A DNA stretch of 64,000 bases from the NCBI GenBank assembly GCA_951406725.2, contig OX597834.1:4712001-4776000 (forward strand). Direction: 5' to 3'. Within the stretch, counting starts at the first letter, position 1, and every line of letters begins with the position of its first letter. The translations under genes and the position numbers were made by a program. This stretch comes from Octopus vulgaris. Its lineage: Eukaryota. Shown here piece by piece: positions 24,512 through 39,000 of the stretch. The notes beneath the pieces were generated by a model, which was not told where the DNA came from, ran no database searches, and saw nothing but the letters and a program-made list of their open reading frames with translations.

Positions 24512-24799
24512 TAAGGTACGAGTGCTCAAATATGTTGACTATACATCGCTATGACGGGTATCTCAGATTTGTATTGGCAGCTCATTTTATATTTCTGGTA
24601 TCGTTCTGTTGCTTTATCGAATAGTTTTCTCTTTTGTTTATTTCCATTATTATGTAACATAAGGTTTGAGTGCTCAAATATGTTGACTATACATCGCTAT
24701 GACGGGTATCTCAGATTTGTATTGGCAGCTCATTTTATATTTCTGGTATCGTTCTGTTGCTTTATCGAATAGTTTTCTCTTTTGTTTATTTCCATTATT
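24512..24799 (+). repeat. Near-perfect tandem duplication (~148-bp period)
   Basis: GAGTGCTCAAATATGTTGACTATACATCGCTATGACGGG...TTTCCATTATT occurs twice. Confidence 0.9.
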
Positions 24800-25731
24800 T
24801 GTACATGGTTTGGTTCGTTCTATTCCTTTTCATAAAGTTCGTTTATTTATCATATATTAGCAACAGTTTAAACACGTTCAGTACTTCATATTGATATGAA
24901 GTTTCTACTTACACAAGTGTAATTCCCATTCTCGATCCCAAACTGCACATTGTACTGACGATAATGGGGCATTATGATATGGAAAATTTACCTCCCGCTT
25001 TTTTTTTTGCTTTGTTTTGGACAATCTGACAATCTGGCTTTAGTGCTAGCTTAACGAATACAGAAATAGGATGTAAGCATTTTTCGACCATTACTCGTAT
25101 GATAGAACAGAGTTTCACTCGTTAGTAATACAAAGAGACTGGTGTATGATCACATAAGCCTCCACGGGTTTGTATTGTTGTTTGTGATTCTTGTAGTTTG
25201 GTCGTATATTGTATATTGTACAGCATTCAGTTTCTGCTCAGTTAATTCATTTAGTTTGCTTACGTAATCTTTATTTACTTGATTCCCAGTATATGCTATG
25301 GAAAACATGCTTTATAAATAAGAATGACAGTTGCTGCAGATAATCCATAAAAGTTCCGAACACTCTCTGTTCCAGTTGGGTTTAATATCTAATTAATTCG
25401 ATAATTTGTTCAACTTTTACGAAATAAAGTTATTGGTTTCGAAATTGCTTCTCCGAAATGGCGTTCGAAAATAAGACAGCTCAGACAAAGACAAAAACAA
25501 CAAAATCAACAAGGAGTAACAATAACGACAACGATAACTACAATCTGCTACAGAACCTCGTCTAGCCAGAGTCAAAAAGCAACAACACTGTTACAGTGAC
25601 TACAGAAGGTAGCCGCAAGAACAAACGGAACAACGATAATAATTGTCATAAGCGATAATGATAATGGCAATATTTCGTTTTTGGATTTGATTTGCAAGAT
25701 TCTTTATATGAGTTCGTGTGTTGAAGTATAT

Positions 25732-25927
25732 TCTGTTCTGTCTGGGGAGAGTCATTTTCTTTTTGTGCCTTATAATATAACACACTCATCGGTAAAAACT
25801 ATTGAAAAGTTTGCAAGACGCAACGAAAATTTTAGGAAAATAAAAATAAGAAAAAAGTGGAAATTTTACCGGTGAGTGTGTTACATTATAAGGCACAAAA
25901 AGAAAATGACCCTCCCCAGACAACAGA
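25732..25927. mobile_element. MITE-like element with ~65-bp inverted arms
   Basis: 25732-25797 is the near-exact reverse complement of 25864-25927. Confidence 0.75.
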
Positions 25928-26099
25928 TAATGGCAGTGATTTCAGTTAATTTATTTCGTACTCTCAACTTATCCACTGAAGATTACAAATTAGCAAGGGA
26001 TTCTCTGCGAACTCATTCGGCATGATAGAGAAATCTGTTAAATCTCTTTCAAATCGGACCTAACATCTAAGAGAAAGGACACATCGGATAATATAATTG

Positions 26100-27390
26100 T
26101 GTATGCGGCTGTCCATGTGAAAGGTTCTGGAAATTAGTGCCACCACTGCTTTGCAGGGGCCGGTGTAACTCCTGTGTAAGTGTGAGTCCTACAGCCAGTT
26201 ACACAGGAAGAACTTGGCGTTCCCAAGCCTTGGCCGTCAACCAAGTTAGAGTTGGCGTTGTAAATGGGGTGTCCCGTTACCTGAATATCTCAACTAGACA
26301 CATTTGAGGAACAAACCCTAATCACTTGTTCAATCCGGCGATGATAACTAATACCTATTCAAATAACGGCGTGAACAGGAAGATTCACCTAAGTGTCTAA
26401 GACACTGGAGCTCCCGCGCCCGACAAAGCTCGCTCAGAGGGCAATGAAGTGGTAGATCAGACTCCGCCCGGTCGTGTTCCTTTTACTGTTCAAATATGCA
26501 ACGTGTTAGCAAACGCAAGTGGTCGATCGATGTAAAAAAAAAGCCATTAGGTGTCGTGTACAAGCCTTGCTAGACAAAGGCAATGGTAAAAAGAGCACTT
26601 GAACTTTAAAGCCAGCTAAGTACGTTCCAGATTAGTGAAAATGGGCTCATGAATCTTATAAGAACGATTCGGAACAGAGGCGTTCTTTATGAAACCCGAA
26701 TTCAGACAATCAGAGAGAGCCTCTGTAGTGATGATAACTTCGAGCAGGATAATATAAGGCGGCGAGCTGGCAGAAACGTTAGCACGCCGGGCGAAATGCT
26801 TAGCGTTATTTCGTCTGCCGTTACGTTCTGAGTTCAAATTCCGCCGAGGTCGACTTTGCCTTTCATCCTTTCGGGGTCGATAAATTAAGTACCAATTACT
26901 CACTGGGGTCGATGTAATCGACTCAGTACCTATGACTGTCCTTGTTTGTCCCCTCTGTGTTTAGCCCCTTATGGGTAATAAAGAAATAGGGATAATATAA
27001 GCGAAAATCAACGAGGTGAAGTTATTGCAGAGGAGAGGTAGTTGCGTGGTGAAATGGGAAGGATGCAGTATAATCTTGAGAACCAAGTATTATCATGGAT
27101 ATGACTGGGGATACGACTGGTATGACTGTGCTACTAGGATATGACTGAGGAACAAAGAGACCTAAACATAAGACGACTCAAAGAAATAATCAATACAAGA
27201 GCTGAGACCGAACCGGGGGATTTTGAACTGCTTCCACCGCGACAATGTGAAATGCGCGATTCAAAAGCTTCATAGAATCCTGAAGAATATTTCAAAGAAA
27301 GATCTAACAGAAACAAGGGACTTGTTTAGATCCACTTCAATTTCAGTTGGTGAATGGTTGGAAAAACATAGGAAATCAGGCAAACAGAAA
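26100..27390 (+). mobile_element. Possible 5' UTR and N-terminal ORF remnant of an R4/Dong-like LINE, interrupted by a SINE B
   Basis: A GC-richer structured leader is followed by KRKWS... and NLIRTIRNRGVLYETRIQTIR, recalling the N-terminal RxKW / 'IRTIxxxGxL' region of R4-clade ORFs. This is recalled similarity, not a search result. Confidence 0.4.
26756..26989 (+). mobile_element. SINE family B monomer (GAAATA tail)
   Basis: Full head plus one unit. TSD GGATAATATAAG at 26747-26758 and 26990-27001. Confidence 0.92.
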
Positions 27391-27393
27391 TAG

Positions 27394-27430
<37 letters not shown>

Positions 27431-27432
27431 CT

Positions 27433-27771
27433 GTGTATGTGTGTGTGTATAGAGATAGATAGGTAGACATAAATGTGTATACATACACATAAGAAGACAA
27501 TCTCCACATATGTTTTTACGTGTTTTTACGTGTGTGCAGAAATATATATGGGTAGAATTTGCGCAGATGTGCAAGTTGGTAAACATATACGCATGTGTAA
27601 AACAAAGTTATCTCGGAGGTTTATGTAGTAGATACATGCACAAATCTTTTTTATCATAATATACTGACGTTACAACCACATATGATATATATCTTAGAGG
27701 TGTATTGGACATGTGTGTTTTTTCATGACTCTATTACATTTTTATATCTTTTATTACTTTATTCTTTCTGT
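27433..27771 (+). repeat. Local ~335-bp duplication, copy 1 (copy 2 at 31112-31442)
   Basis: AGAGATAGATAGGTAGACATAAATG...CTTTATTCTTTCTGT is nearly identical at both sites, and both follow a (TA)n tract. Confidence 0.9.
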
Positions 27772-28564
27772 GGAGAATCGAAGTCGCATAGAAGAACACT
27801 ACAAAGGGTAGCGGAAAGAAACTAAAAAAGGTGTGAAGGCATATCTTGAAACGAAATGCCATATGAAATAGAAAGGGCTCAAAACCCGTTATTGAAATCC
27901 TAAAACAACCTATTCAAGCAAAAGTATTGAAGGTGAAACACTACACTGAACGCGTATCGCCGTTCCATCAAAATAGGCTATTCACAAACAACCAGAGGCA
28001 GGTTTTGAAGAGCTTGATATACCTCAAAAGATGATATACCTCATCAGCTGAGGAAACCCACCAATTTTGGAATAACGTCTGGGACCTGTAGTAATCAATT
28101 TACGCTGCGTGTCAAGCAGGGTAACCTCATTTCTTCAGGATTCTAGAGGCTCTCCTCGGAATGTTTTAATGTTTAGTGTTAGTGGTCAAACACTATGGAA
28201 ATAAAACATTCTACATGTAGGCAATTAGATATTTTATTCAATTTGAATTTCAGATTTTAAGTATATTACGAAAAGAACAAAAACTTTGTTTTCCCTGAAA
28301 TCAATTGTAATCAGCCGTAATCAAATACTAAAGACTAGCAGTAAATATAATGATTGTAATATGTGACTTGGAATCAAAATATAATTGGAAAATTGGTAAA
28401 ATATGTGTAAATACCGTAGTTTTCGAAATATTTATTCGTCATTCAAAAAATGCTGCGAAACAAAATAATTAATAGCTCAATATTTCATAATCATAATTTA
28501 TCGAAATGCCTACAGTATTTCTAAAATTTAATTTGTAAAGTTTAATTAACCGAGTTAAATATTG

Positions 28565-28680
28565 ATTCCAAATTTTGGCACAAGGCCAGCATGTTCGGGA
28601 GACTCTAGTGTTCAACTGGTACCTATTTTATCGACCGCGAAAGGATGACAGGAAAAGTTAATATTGGGCGGAATTTGCGA
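28565..28680 (-). mobile_element. Old SINE B fragment (alternative tail)
   Basis: AAATTTTGGCACAAGGCCAGCA...TTTTATCGACCGCGAAAGGATGA. Confidence 0.7.
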
Positions 28681-29114
28681 GCTCTCCGTCTTAACTGATT
28701 AAATGTTAGTTTTCCGAATGTACACAGAAGTGTATGTTCAATTGTAATACATACCCAAGCCATCTTTCCTTTATTCGCTTTTAAGGTTTGGGGAACTTTT
28801 GTGTCAGCTGTGTATGCTTATACTGGTGGTTGGTGTGGGGTAGGGGATGCAGAAGCAAACTGAAGGGACTGACCTAAGGGGAAGTGCTGGGGGTGGGACA
28901 AACAGTGTAAAACAAATAAACTTTGATAGAAGGCCTCTTCTAGCTTGATAACACTTTCACTTTTCTCCGTTAGCCACGTCAGATAGTTTCCTTGATTTTT
29001 CTGGATGTTCTTCAACGAGTACGTAAGATGTGTTCTCTTCATCGCAAACTGTTAGCCAGACGCTTGTGAATGAAGCTCAACAAGGTCTACTATTTCAGAT
29101 CCGTTAACGAAGCG

Positions 29115-29645
29115 CGCTCACAAAGCTTTGGTCAGCCTGAAGCTATAAAAGAAGTGATGTGCCCTAGGTGCCACGCAGTAGAACTGAACCCAAAACTATG
29201 AGACTGGAAAGGAAAGAAACACAGCCATAGGTGCAAGAGTGGCTGTGTGGTAAGTAGCTTGCTAACCAACCACATGGTTCCGGGTTCAGTCCCACTGCGT
29301 GGCATCTTGGGCAAGTGTCTTCTGCTATAGCCCCGGGCCGACCAATGCCTTGTGAGTGGATTTGGTAGACGGAAACTGAAAGAAACCCGTCGTATATATG
29401 TATATATATATATATATATGTATGTGTTTGTGTTTGTGTGTCTGTTTGTCCCCCTAGCATTGCCTGACAACCGATGCTGGTGTGTTTACGTCCCCGTCAC
29501 TTAGCGGTTCGGCAAAAGAGACCGAAAGAATAAGTACTGGGCTTACAAAAAGAATAAGTCCCGGGGTCGATTTCCTCGACTAAAGGCGGTGCTCCAGCAT
29601 GGCCGCAGTCAAAATGACTGAAACAAGTAAAAGAGTAAAAGAGTA
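29115..29645. mobile_element. SINE A full copy (29227-29645, +) with an older inverted SINE A head abutting it (29115-29226, -)
   Basis: The plus copy has a GTAAAAGAGTAAAAGAGTA tail. The upstream CACAAAGCTTTGGTC...GGTGCCACGCAGTAGAACTGAACCC is the reverse-complement head. Confidence 0.88.
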
Positions 29646-30026
29646 TACATATGCCTATAAGTATGAGTATGGAACTATTTTCACTACAGAGTTTGCACTA
29701 GAATTATAGAGCACCGTCTTACATCTTTAATCATCTCTACACCATCTTAATAAAGTCTTTGCTATAAGTTCTCAGACCTAATTGATATATAATTTAAAGA
29801 ATGTTATGAAGAAATTATTTACTTTGTATACACCGAAACACTTTTGTTCTGCCTTCGACTTACAATACACTGCAGGCCTAAACAGTCGCACACAACAGAA
29901 TATACAATCAAAATTTTAATACTGGATGGCAAAGAGATTGATTTGAGAGAGAGAAACAGTTTGAAAGTTAAAAGCAGCGGAAGTGAAACAAAAATGACAG
30001 AGTAAGTAAAGCAATGACACCTGCTT

Positions 30027-30054
30027 CATATACGTATGTATGTATGTATATATG

Positions 30055-30147
<93 letters not shown>

Positions 30148-30285
30148 ATATATATATATATATATACATACATACATACATATATATACATACATACATA
30201 TATATATATGTATGTATGTATGTAAGTATATATATATATATTTATATATATATACACATACATATATATATATATACAAGCATGC

Positions 30286-30331
<46 letters not shown>

Positions 30332-30426
30332 TTACATACATACATATATATATATATATGTATGTATGTATGTATGTAAGTATATATATATATATATACA
30401 TACATATATATATATATACAAGCATG

Positions 30427-30477
<51 letters not shown>

Positions 30478-30512
30478 TTAAGTATATATACATTTAAGTG
30501 TATGTATATATG
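30027..30512. repeat. Compound (TA)n/(TATG)n/(TACA)n tract with internal higher-order duplication
   Basis: Directly visible. The landmarks 'gtaagtata' and 'caagcatgcatac' each recur. Confidence 0.95.
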
Positions 30513-30962
30513 TATTAATGCAACAAATTTATTCTGTTCGTTTTTTTTTTACGTTTTCTTCTCTTCTTTACTAGATTTATTACTTACTTTTCAAATCACC
30601 TTTAGCGTTATTTTCCTGACTTCCTTTAACACTTTCGACCAATGAAATCTAAGTATATTTTATTCCTCATCATTTTTTTCTTCTTTGCGAACAAATCAAA
30701 ACAGAATTGACTTTTAAGAATCTATAATATCTAGCAGGCCCATTTTATAAAATGCTAAATGGAGTCAATTTTGTTTTTATTCAGGACATGTCAATTGATT
30801 ATTGGTTGTTTCTTTACTTTATATTTGGGTTAAATTTAGTGAAAATCTTGTAAACAAGTCGTGCTGAAATCCTTCCTCAAGGACATAATACAATTGCTGA
30901 GTTTTTCACGAGTATATTGCTTCAAGTATTAACTTCTTATGAAACTTAAGTATTATACAAAT

Positions 30963-31002
<40 letters not shown>

Positions 31003-31038
31003 GCATACGCATATATACACACATACTCATACGCCCAC

Positions 31039-31111
<73 letters not shown>

Positions 31112-31112
<1 letters not shown>

Positions 31113-31442
31113 GTGTATGTGTGTGTGTTACAGAGATAGATAGGTAGACATAAATGTGTATACATACACATAAGAAGACAATCTCCACACATGTTTTTAC
31201 GTGTGTGCATAAATATATATGGGTAGATTATGCGCAGATGTGCAAGTTGGTAAACATATACGCATGTGTAAAACAAAGTTATCTCGGAGGTTTATGTAGT
31301 ACATACATGCACAAATCTTTTTTATCATAATATACTGACGTTACAACCACATATGATATATATCTTAGAGGTGTATTGGACATGTGTGTTTTTTCATGAC
31401 TCTATTACATTTTTATATCTTTCATTACTTTATTCTTTCTGT
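31112..31442 (+). repeat. Local duplication, copy 2
   Basis: Near-identical to 27433-27771. Confidence 0.9.
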
Positions 31443-32260
31443 CTTCCATTATATATGCACAAAAATAAACGCACGTATACATACACATGCATATATGTAT
31501 AAATATCTATTTCTCTAATTCTCTCCCTCTGCCTACCTACCTATCTATATATGATGTATGCATCATTAATTCCTTTGAGATGAGAGATAAGCTTGACACT
31601 TCTTATGCAATACATATTGTTGATTCCCTCCAAACATGACATGAAGATAAATCTAGTCTCTTAGTTCAGAAAAGTGAGAGACTTGTCTTGTCAGATTGAA
31701 AGATGTAAGAGTTCCAAAACTAAAGCTTGAAGAACTACTCCAGTCGAAATAGAAAACTATACTTATATTCATAAATAAAACTATTCAGAGAACGGCGTAT
31801 GTGCTTGTGCTGTAGTTGATATTTTTGTTCATAGTACAGATTACAACGGTGTTTATGCAGATATTGATGTCATTGATAAAAGGTAAATACACACAATTTG
31901 TAGTTCGCTGGTATTAGTATCCATGCAAGTTATTGAATAGTGTCCATGTCTGCTCTGGTTGTTTATCGTCGGAGTAATCCTGATTGGAGAAAACTATATA
32001 AAAATCGCCCTTGCTGAGATCTTTCCATTTCTTCCCGAGCATTGTATATCAAGACCAGTAAAATAAAGCACGCCCTTCATTCCTTAACATTGTGCTCGTT
32101 AAGTGTTGATTTCCTGCTGTTCATAGGTGATCTATCTGTCTGGTAAAAATCTGTGCCCTCATTAACATGGTTTTCGATGTATTATGTGCGTGTTTGTGGA
32201 AAAATATAGATGGTACCGATTTTAGGGATTAATCAAATGATATTGAGATCTTTTGAGATA

Positions 32261-32685
32261 AAAGGCGGCGAGCTGGCAGAAACGTTAGCGCGCTGGGCGA
32301 AATGCTTAGCGGTATTTCGTCTATCGTTATGTTCTGAGTTCAAATTCCGCTGAGGTCGACTTTGCCTTTCATCCTTTCGGGGTCGATAAATAAAGTACCA
32401 GTTATGCACTGGGGTCGATGTAATCGAATTAATCCCTTTGTCTGTCCTTGTTTGTCCTCTCCTGTGTTTAGCCCCTTGTGGGTAATAAAGAAATAGGTAT
32501 TTCGTCTATCGTTATGTTCTGAGTTCAAATTCCGCTGAGGTCGACTTTGCCTTTCATCCTTTCGGGGTCGATAAATAAAGTACCAGTTATGCACTGGGGT
32601 CGATGTAATCGACTTAATCCCTTTGTCTGTCCTTGTTTGTACTCTCTGTGTTTACCCCCTTGTGGGTAGTAAAGAAATAGAAATA
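32261..32685 (+). mobile_element. SINE family B dimer (head + 2 units)
   Basis: Junction AAGAAATA|GGTATTTCGTCT at ~32496. A 16-bp TSD GATATTGAGATCTTTT lies at 32239-32254 and 32686-32701. Confidence 0.93.
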
Positions 32686-33728
32686 GATATTGAGATCTTT
32701 TCTGTTTGGATTCACATTTAAAAATTTTAAAATTAACTGAAAATCTTTTTCATTTGGCATATTGATGTAATTTTTTACGCTGAATCTGATGTTATTCACT
32801 TGTTTCAAAAATAGTTTAGAAACATCTAACAGAGGTTTAAAGTTTCATCATTTTCACCCAATGAGAAGACAGGATTCAGAAGCTGGCGTTTTGTAATGGA
32901 CAACATTACGATGACACGTGACAACATTTAAAGACCAAAGTTTTAATAAGTTTTAACAAATAAAGTAATGTGAAACCTTGGAATAGGCATGCAATGCGAA
33001 CACTAGTCGAATGTTAAATTACGGAAACAAAAAAGAAACAAAACAAACTGTAGTTAAATTCATAACGATTGAACTGCTGGAGAAGGCAGCCAATTCTCCT
33101 CCCGAAAAAACAACCTAACGTTATGAAACGAGGAAGGACATACTAGATTATGGTACTCTTAGACAGCTCTAAAGCTGTGGGGCATTCAGCATTAGAATGT
33201 TCCGTTTGATCATAGGGCTACTCGGTCAACTACATCCTCTTTGGTTTTCAATTTCTTCATCATACACGACAGGGTATGCAGACCACACTGCAACTTGGCT
33301 TGTTATTACAAAAACAGGCACCAGTATGTCTGTGGCTTTCGACTGGCTAAAATGACTCCAAATTTGCAAACTTAAAAGGCTATTAACTTTCTGTATTTAT
33401 TAATTTAAGGCAAAAATAAATTCAGTTCCATAATAAGCATACAAAACTACATCAATACACCAAGTTTGAAATCAACAGAAGGAATTGAAAAGTAGAGGCC
33501 AAACAGAAAAGATCCTGATATTGTTCTACTATCAGGAATGGTAACCTATTTGCCTTAATTCGTCTACTTCATCCGTTTCTGGAAGATATATATTTAGTTG
33601 TAATTTTCAATTGATCATAGCCTTTTTGAACTTTTAAAATAAGTCCGTTTAAAATATTATCGCTTAATTTTCTTTATGAAGCTCAATTTAAGTAACGATT
33701 TTTAATTTAGTAATATTTCAACTTGAAA

Positions 33729-33948
33729 AAGGCGGCGGCGACTTTGCAGAACCGTTAACGTGCGGGGCAAAATGCTTGGTGGCATTTCGTCAGTCTTTAC
33801 GTTCTGAGTTCAAATTCCACCAAGGTCGACTTTTTCCTTTAATCCTTTCGGGGTCGATAGAATAAGTACCAGTTGATAACGGGAGGGGGTATGTAAATGA
33901 CATACTTCACCCAAAATACTGGTCTTGAACCAAAGTTTGAGATCAATA
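33729..33948 (+). mobile_element. Old SINE B (alternative tail)
   Basis: AAGGCGGCG head, GAGTTCAAATTCC B-box and CCTTTCGGGGTCGATAG central domain. Confidence 0.8.
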
Positions 33949-34519
33949 CTTTAACACGAAATCGTAAAATGAGCCATTCTTCCAAAATTAAAATAAACTC
34001 AGAGCGTATATTTGTTGTATTTAATTTTGATATAAAAGTATTCTCTAAATTTCTTATTTCCTGAAATTCCTTAAAACTGTGATTAAAGTATTAATCTGAA
34101 TTGAATGCCTATCATTAAAATTTTATTCTTGAAGACTTAAATCACGGTTTCTGATATAACTTCTATCGAAATCGTATAATTCTGTGTTATTTTTAAGGAT
34201 TCGGATTATAATCAATGCTTCAATGCAACTAACTCTGCATTGGGAAATTCATACCAGTCGTGATATTCTTCGTTTCATTGATATTTGACTTAGAATAAAA
34301 TGGATAGCGATTAATAAAGTGTCTCTAAAGATTACAGTAGAGATTCATTTCATTTCTTTTCAATAGTTTCAAATATCTGACATTACATTACATACTGAAT
34401 ACGTAACTTCAAAGACCTCAATTATTATAGTATCTAAGGGACGGATCAGAATAAAGAATTTATACAAATCTCAACCAGCAAGTAAAGTGAGTTTATATTA
34501 AGTAATAGTGATAATAATA

Positions 34520-34733
34520 ATGGTTTCAGACTTTGGCACAAGGCCAGCAAGTTCGGCGCGTGGGATAAATCAGTTAGATTGATCGGAGTGTTTAATTCAT
34601 ACTTATTTTATCGACCTGAAAGGATGAAAGGCAAAGTCGGCCTCGGCGGAGTTTGAATTTGAACGTAAAGACGAATGAAATTCCACTAAGCATTTTGCTG
34701 AGTATGCTAACCATTCTGCCGGTTCACCGCCTT
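34520..34733 (-). mobile_element. Old SINE B (alternative tail)
   Basis: TTTGGCACAAGGCCAGCAA...AGGATGAAAGGCAAAGTCGGCCTCGGCGGA...CCGCCTT. Confidence 0.8.
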
Positions 34734-35662
34734 CGATTTAGTATTTCTAAATTGAATTTTTTCCTTGTAAGTTAGGAATAATATTCCCTCAAATTATTAT
34801 TATATATATTGTATATACAATTACATACATATATGTGTGTGGCATTGTTTTTCGTGTTCAAGATAAGGAGACTGGAGATCTTATTATGATAATTATTTTC
34901 AATTGAATATAATTTCGAAACTTCTGTCTGAAACAAATTTTTCTTCAAATTTGAAAATCATATATGTTTTTTTTAGAATTCTTATTATTATTTAGATGTT
35001 TACGTTACAGTTTAATCACATTATGTTGCATTATGTTATTTTTCTATTTAACTATTTAATTATACACTTAACAGATGGGGATATTATTGTTAGAAACAAA
35101 AGAATGAAAACGCAAGCATTGCTATATCTAGTCGCATATATTTTTACACATAGACATACACGAACCCTCATTTTTAGATATACTGTGTATGTGTGTCTGC
35201 GTGTGTATCTGTGTGCATGTGTGTGCTAAACGGGGAAGTGATATTGATAATTAGAACATTGGTAATGAAGACGGAAATGAAAACTAGTATCTCTCCAAGA
35301 GTTATTAAATTCTGTGAAGCTTAATAAAGTACTTTTGAACTTTTCATTTATATCTAAGGCACTCGCAAAAATACGTCTGCGTTATTTTAAAAAAATGAGC
35401 TAAGCTGATTTACCCTGGGAGTCTTACTATAGATAATCAATATATTGCTGGCTTAATTAATTCATTATACATTTGGTAATGTTCATTAGCATCATTGTCA
35501 TATTCTGCTTCTACTTCACATTCTAACCGTACTTATCGTTAATTATATTATCAGAGTGGTACGTTGGTTCATTCTTTACAACATTGATCGGTATTTAACT
35601 TATAGTTGTTTACATTCTGATTTCAAAACCGCTGAGGTGAATATCACATTTGGCCGTTCTAA

Positions 35663-36072
35663 TACTCTTTTTTACTCTTTTACTTGTTTCAGTCATTTGA
35701 CTGCGGCCATGCTGGAGCACCGCCTTCAATCGAGCAATTCGACCCCGCGAATTATTCTTTGTAAGCCCAGTACTTATTCTATCGGTCTCTTTTGCCGAAC
35801 CGCTAAGTGACGGGGACGTAAACACACCAGCATCGGTTGTCAAGCAATGCTAGGCGGACAAACACACACACACAAACACACATACACACATATATATATA
35901 AATATATACGACAGGCTTCTTTCAGTTTCCGTCTACCATATCCACTCACAAGGCATTGGTTGGCCCGGGGCTATAACAGAAGACAGTTGCCCAAGATGCC
36001 ACGCAGTGGGACTGAACCCGGAACCATGTGGTTGGTTAGCAAGCTACTTACCACACAGCCACTCCTGCGACT
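35663..36072 (-). mobile_element. SINE family A, full length
   Basis: Reverse-complement match to family A. Confidence 0.92.
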
Positions 36073-39000
36073 AATGTCGATAAAATGAAGCAAAAGCCGC
36101 CACATACTAAAATCAGTTCAATCCATTGTTCTCGCCAGCACCCAAATTTTTGGCCCTGTGCGCATGTTAGAAATCATGACTATTTTTAGTTTGGCAGTGG
36201 ATCGACAGAATTATGACAATATTGGTTCGTTTGTTTTAGTTCCCGCTAGAAACGCTTCACTTCAAATTTCATCCTGGTCAACATTACCTACCAATCTTCA
36301 AATTAAATTTGATTACGAGTGAAATACTTGCGGTAGTTTTATAAACTAACGCCTCTCCCAAATACTGTGTTTTTGTGTCTACATTGGAAATAATAAATGT
36401 TAAACGGTATGTCACGAATATTTATTATCCTGTTTTTTTTTTCCTTTTGCACGCTTATTTTGTTTCCGTAATGTGGATTGGGTTACGACAGCACACAAAA
36501 TGAATACTGAACACTAGTCGGCGATTCCGTTCAGCCTTTATTGGGACACGCTTCAGGTTTTAGGCTTCTAAAAATACTCTTAAAGCTAATTTTGTTAATA
36601 TGGCGTCATCTTATGCTTGAACCGACCGCCGGAGTTGTGAATCTCTCAAAAGCAGGCCGCTTGCTCAAATTGTAGAGCCCTTGATCAGAACAACCACAGC
36701 AATCGATGGTCAAGTGCCGGGAGATGTACAGAAGGACCATGATGTAGATTAATTAATATTCTTTCTAAAAGAAATGTTTTTGATAGAAGAAAGAAGTAAA
36801 ATCTCTTAGAGGTACAGTAAATACCGTTCCTGCAAACGGTGAACAGATCGTAATGCTTCACTACATATCGAAATTTCTACAAAAAATGAGGAGACATTAT
36901 AAGACACAGGTAACAGTGAAGAGAGCGAGATATAGAGTAACCGACATGATATTGTGAAACGGGGTCGAAAGGAATTTATGTAGTCACATGCGTATCCAAA
37001 GAGTTCGCTCATTTCCCAGCATGCACGTGGAAATTTCTACCTGACGTTGATGAAAATATGGTCAACTGATCAGCTCAGGCATTAGCCAAGGTTGATTCTC
37101 GAGGAACTATTAATAATAGAACTGGTAAACTTGTCGAGATTTTATGATGCCAATTGCTGTAGGTAGAAGTGGAATGTCGATTTACATTATTGCAACTTTA
37201 GTTTGATCTGTGGTGAAGGAAACGAACGTATGCACTCTGCTGTTTCCGGTGTAACAGAATAATTAGAATGACTACGACGAACAATAGCAGTTATATTTCC
37301 ATATCTGCTCTACAGCCGCTGTCAGACATCGGGTGTGCATGTTTCCCCAGTGAAGAACAAGCATGAAAATTCAAACAAACTAAAAGTAAAACGCGCGAAT
37401 GTTTGTTTACATATTGATACAGAGATATGTATGGATATGACAGATAATTTGTCTCATTACGTTTAATTATCAAACAACATATACGAAAACAACGATCCAT
37501 GGCAAAATGATATATCACGTCTGATGAAGTTAAAGGCCAGAACTTTGATGAGGCATCTGCATATTCATCGAATATATAGCTGCCAACAAAATCATCAGCG
37601 GAAAACGAATAGCACAAACAACAAAAGCTAAACCAAAAATCCCGCTAACAAAACCAACAGAAACTATAATTTAAGCAACGGTAAAAGCAACAGACGTAGC
37701 TCGTTCTTCAAATTTGTAAGCTGTTGCTCTTAGAACCAATAATGGAATTAACATTAAAAGCAATAACAAAGAACATGCACAAAGAGAATAAAAATCAGAC
37801 ACAAAAAAATAATCCCCTATCATAACATATAGTCATTCACAAAAAAACATCCATCCGTAACTTCACTGATGCAAATGGAAATAAGAGTGATTTGAATAAC
37901 TGCTAAACACATACAAGCACAAACGATAAATTACTAACAAAGGTGGAAGGATTCGTGATGATCACAATCATCTTGAGTAGAAAAGAGAGGTTGCCAGCGA
38001 GGAAGCGGAGTGGAATGGTGAAACCAGTAGTGCCATAAAAGAGAAACAAAGATGACACAAATCGTTCAGTCATGCTTCAGCATCACCAGCAGTAATACAC
38101 ACAAAAACAAAAACCTGAGCAATATCTCATGTAACAAAACGAGTAGTAACATCACGTGGAGCAGGTACAGTCGCAAAAACAGTTACAACTACAACACAGC
38201 CAACAGTTATAAAATCAAAGGAGACACACATACACCACGCACGATAACAATAACAGTATTATTTGCTTCATCGATTGGAAAAGTGAACTCTGCAATTTAC
38301 TGCCGGTAATGATGTTGATCTATCCAGAAATATATCAACATAACAACATATAAGCCGGAAGCAAATTTCTCCACCCAGTTCACTACCACTTTTACATACA
38401 CGCCAAAGTTAATGTCCCCCTGCAATCTGGCACGGCAGCTCTAAAAAATAAATGTTAAATTGTTAAATTTATAAGTTTATAAAATACATTAATAAGATTA
38501 ACAAAATATGAGACTCTTCAATTTTGGGAATTTCATACAAAAATAGCGTGTTTACAGATAATATGTAGTGTTTATCGATCAATCAAATTTACCCTTACTG
38601 TCACAAATGACTGTTTGTCATTGATTGCACTGTGCATGTAATATTTACAAGTATATTATCCTCCATAAAATTAGTAAATTAATGGCGTTTCTTATATGCT
38701 TTTAATTTTACGGTAATTTTCTCGCCTGAATGACTAAATATTTGGATGGACAGAAAGTTTGAAAGAGTTATATGCTAGAGAAATAGGTAGCGGGTTTTAT
38801 AAACAGAAAAATTATTCATTTTGTTTGTAAAAGATAAATATTTCATTATACACTTTTGTTAATTGAAAAAGATAATTTTCCTACTAAGGCCGATGAACTT
38901 TTCCTTAATACGTTATTTTCTTAACAAAATAATTAAATTTACTTAATAAATTCAAATTTCCCATGTTGGGCGACAATTTTCTTAATACTTTTATGAAGAG

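Noticed and set aside
29916-30645. ORFs of YIYI/MYVC/THTH type (also at 4.0-4.5, 7.3-7.8, 17.6-18.1, 45.2-45.8 and 52.3-52.8 kb)
   Set aside because: Translations of di- and tetranucleotide microsatellites.
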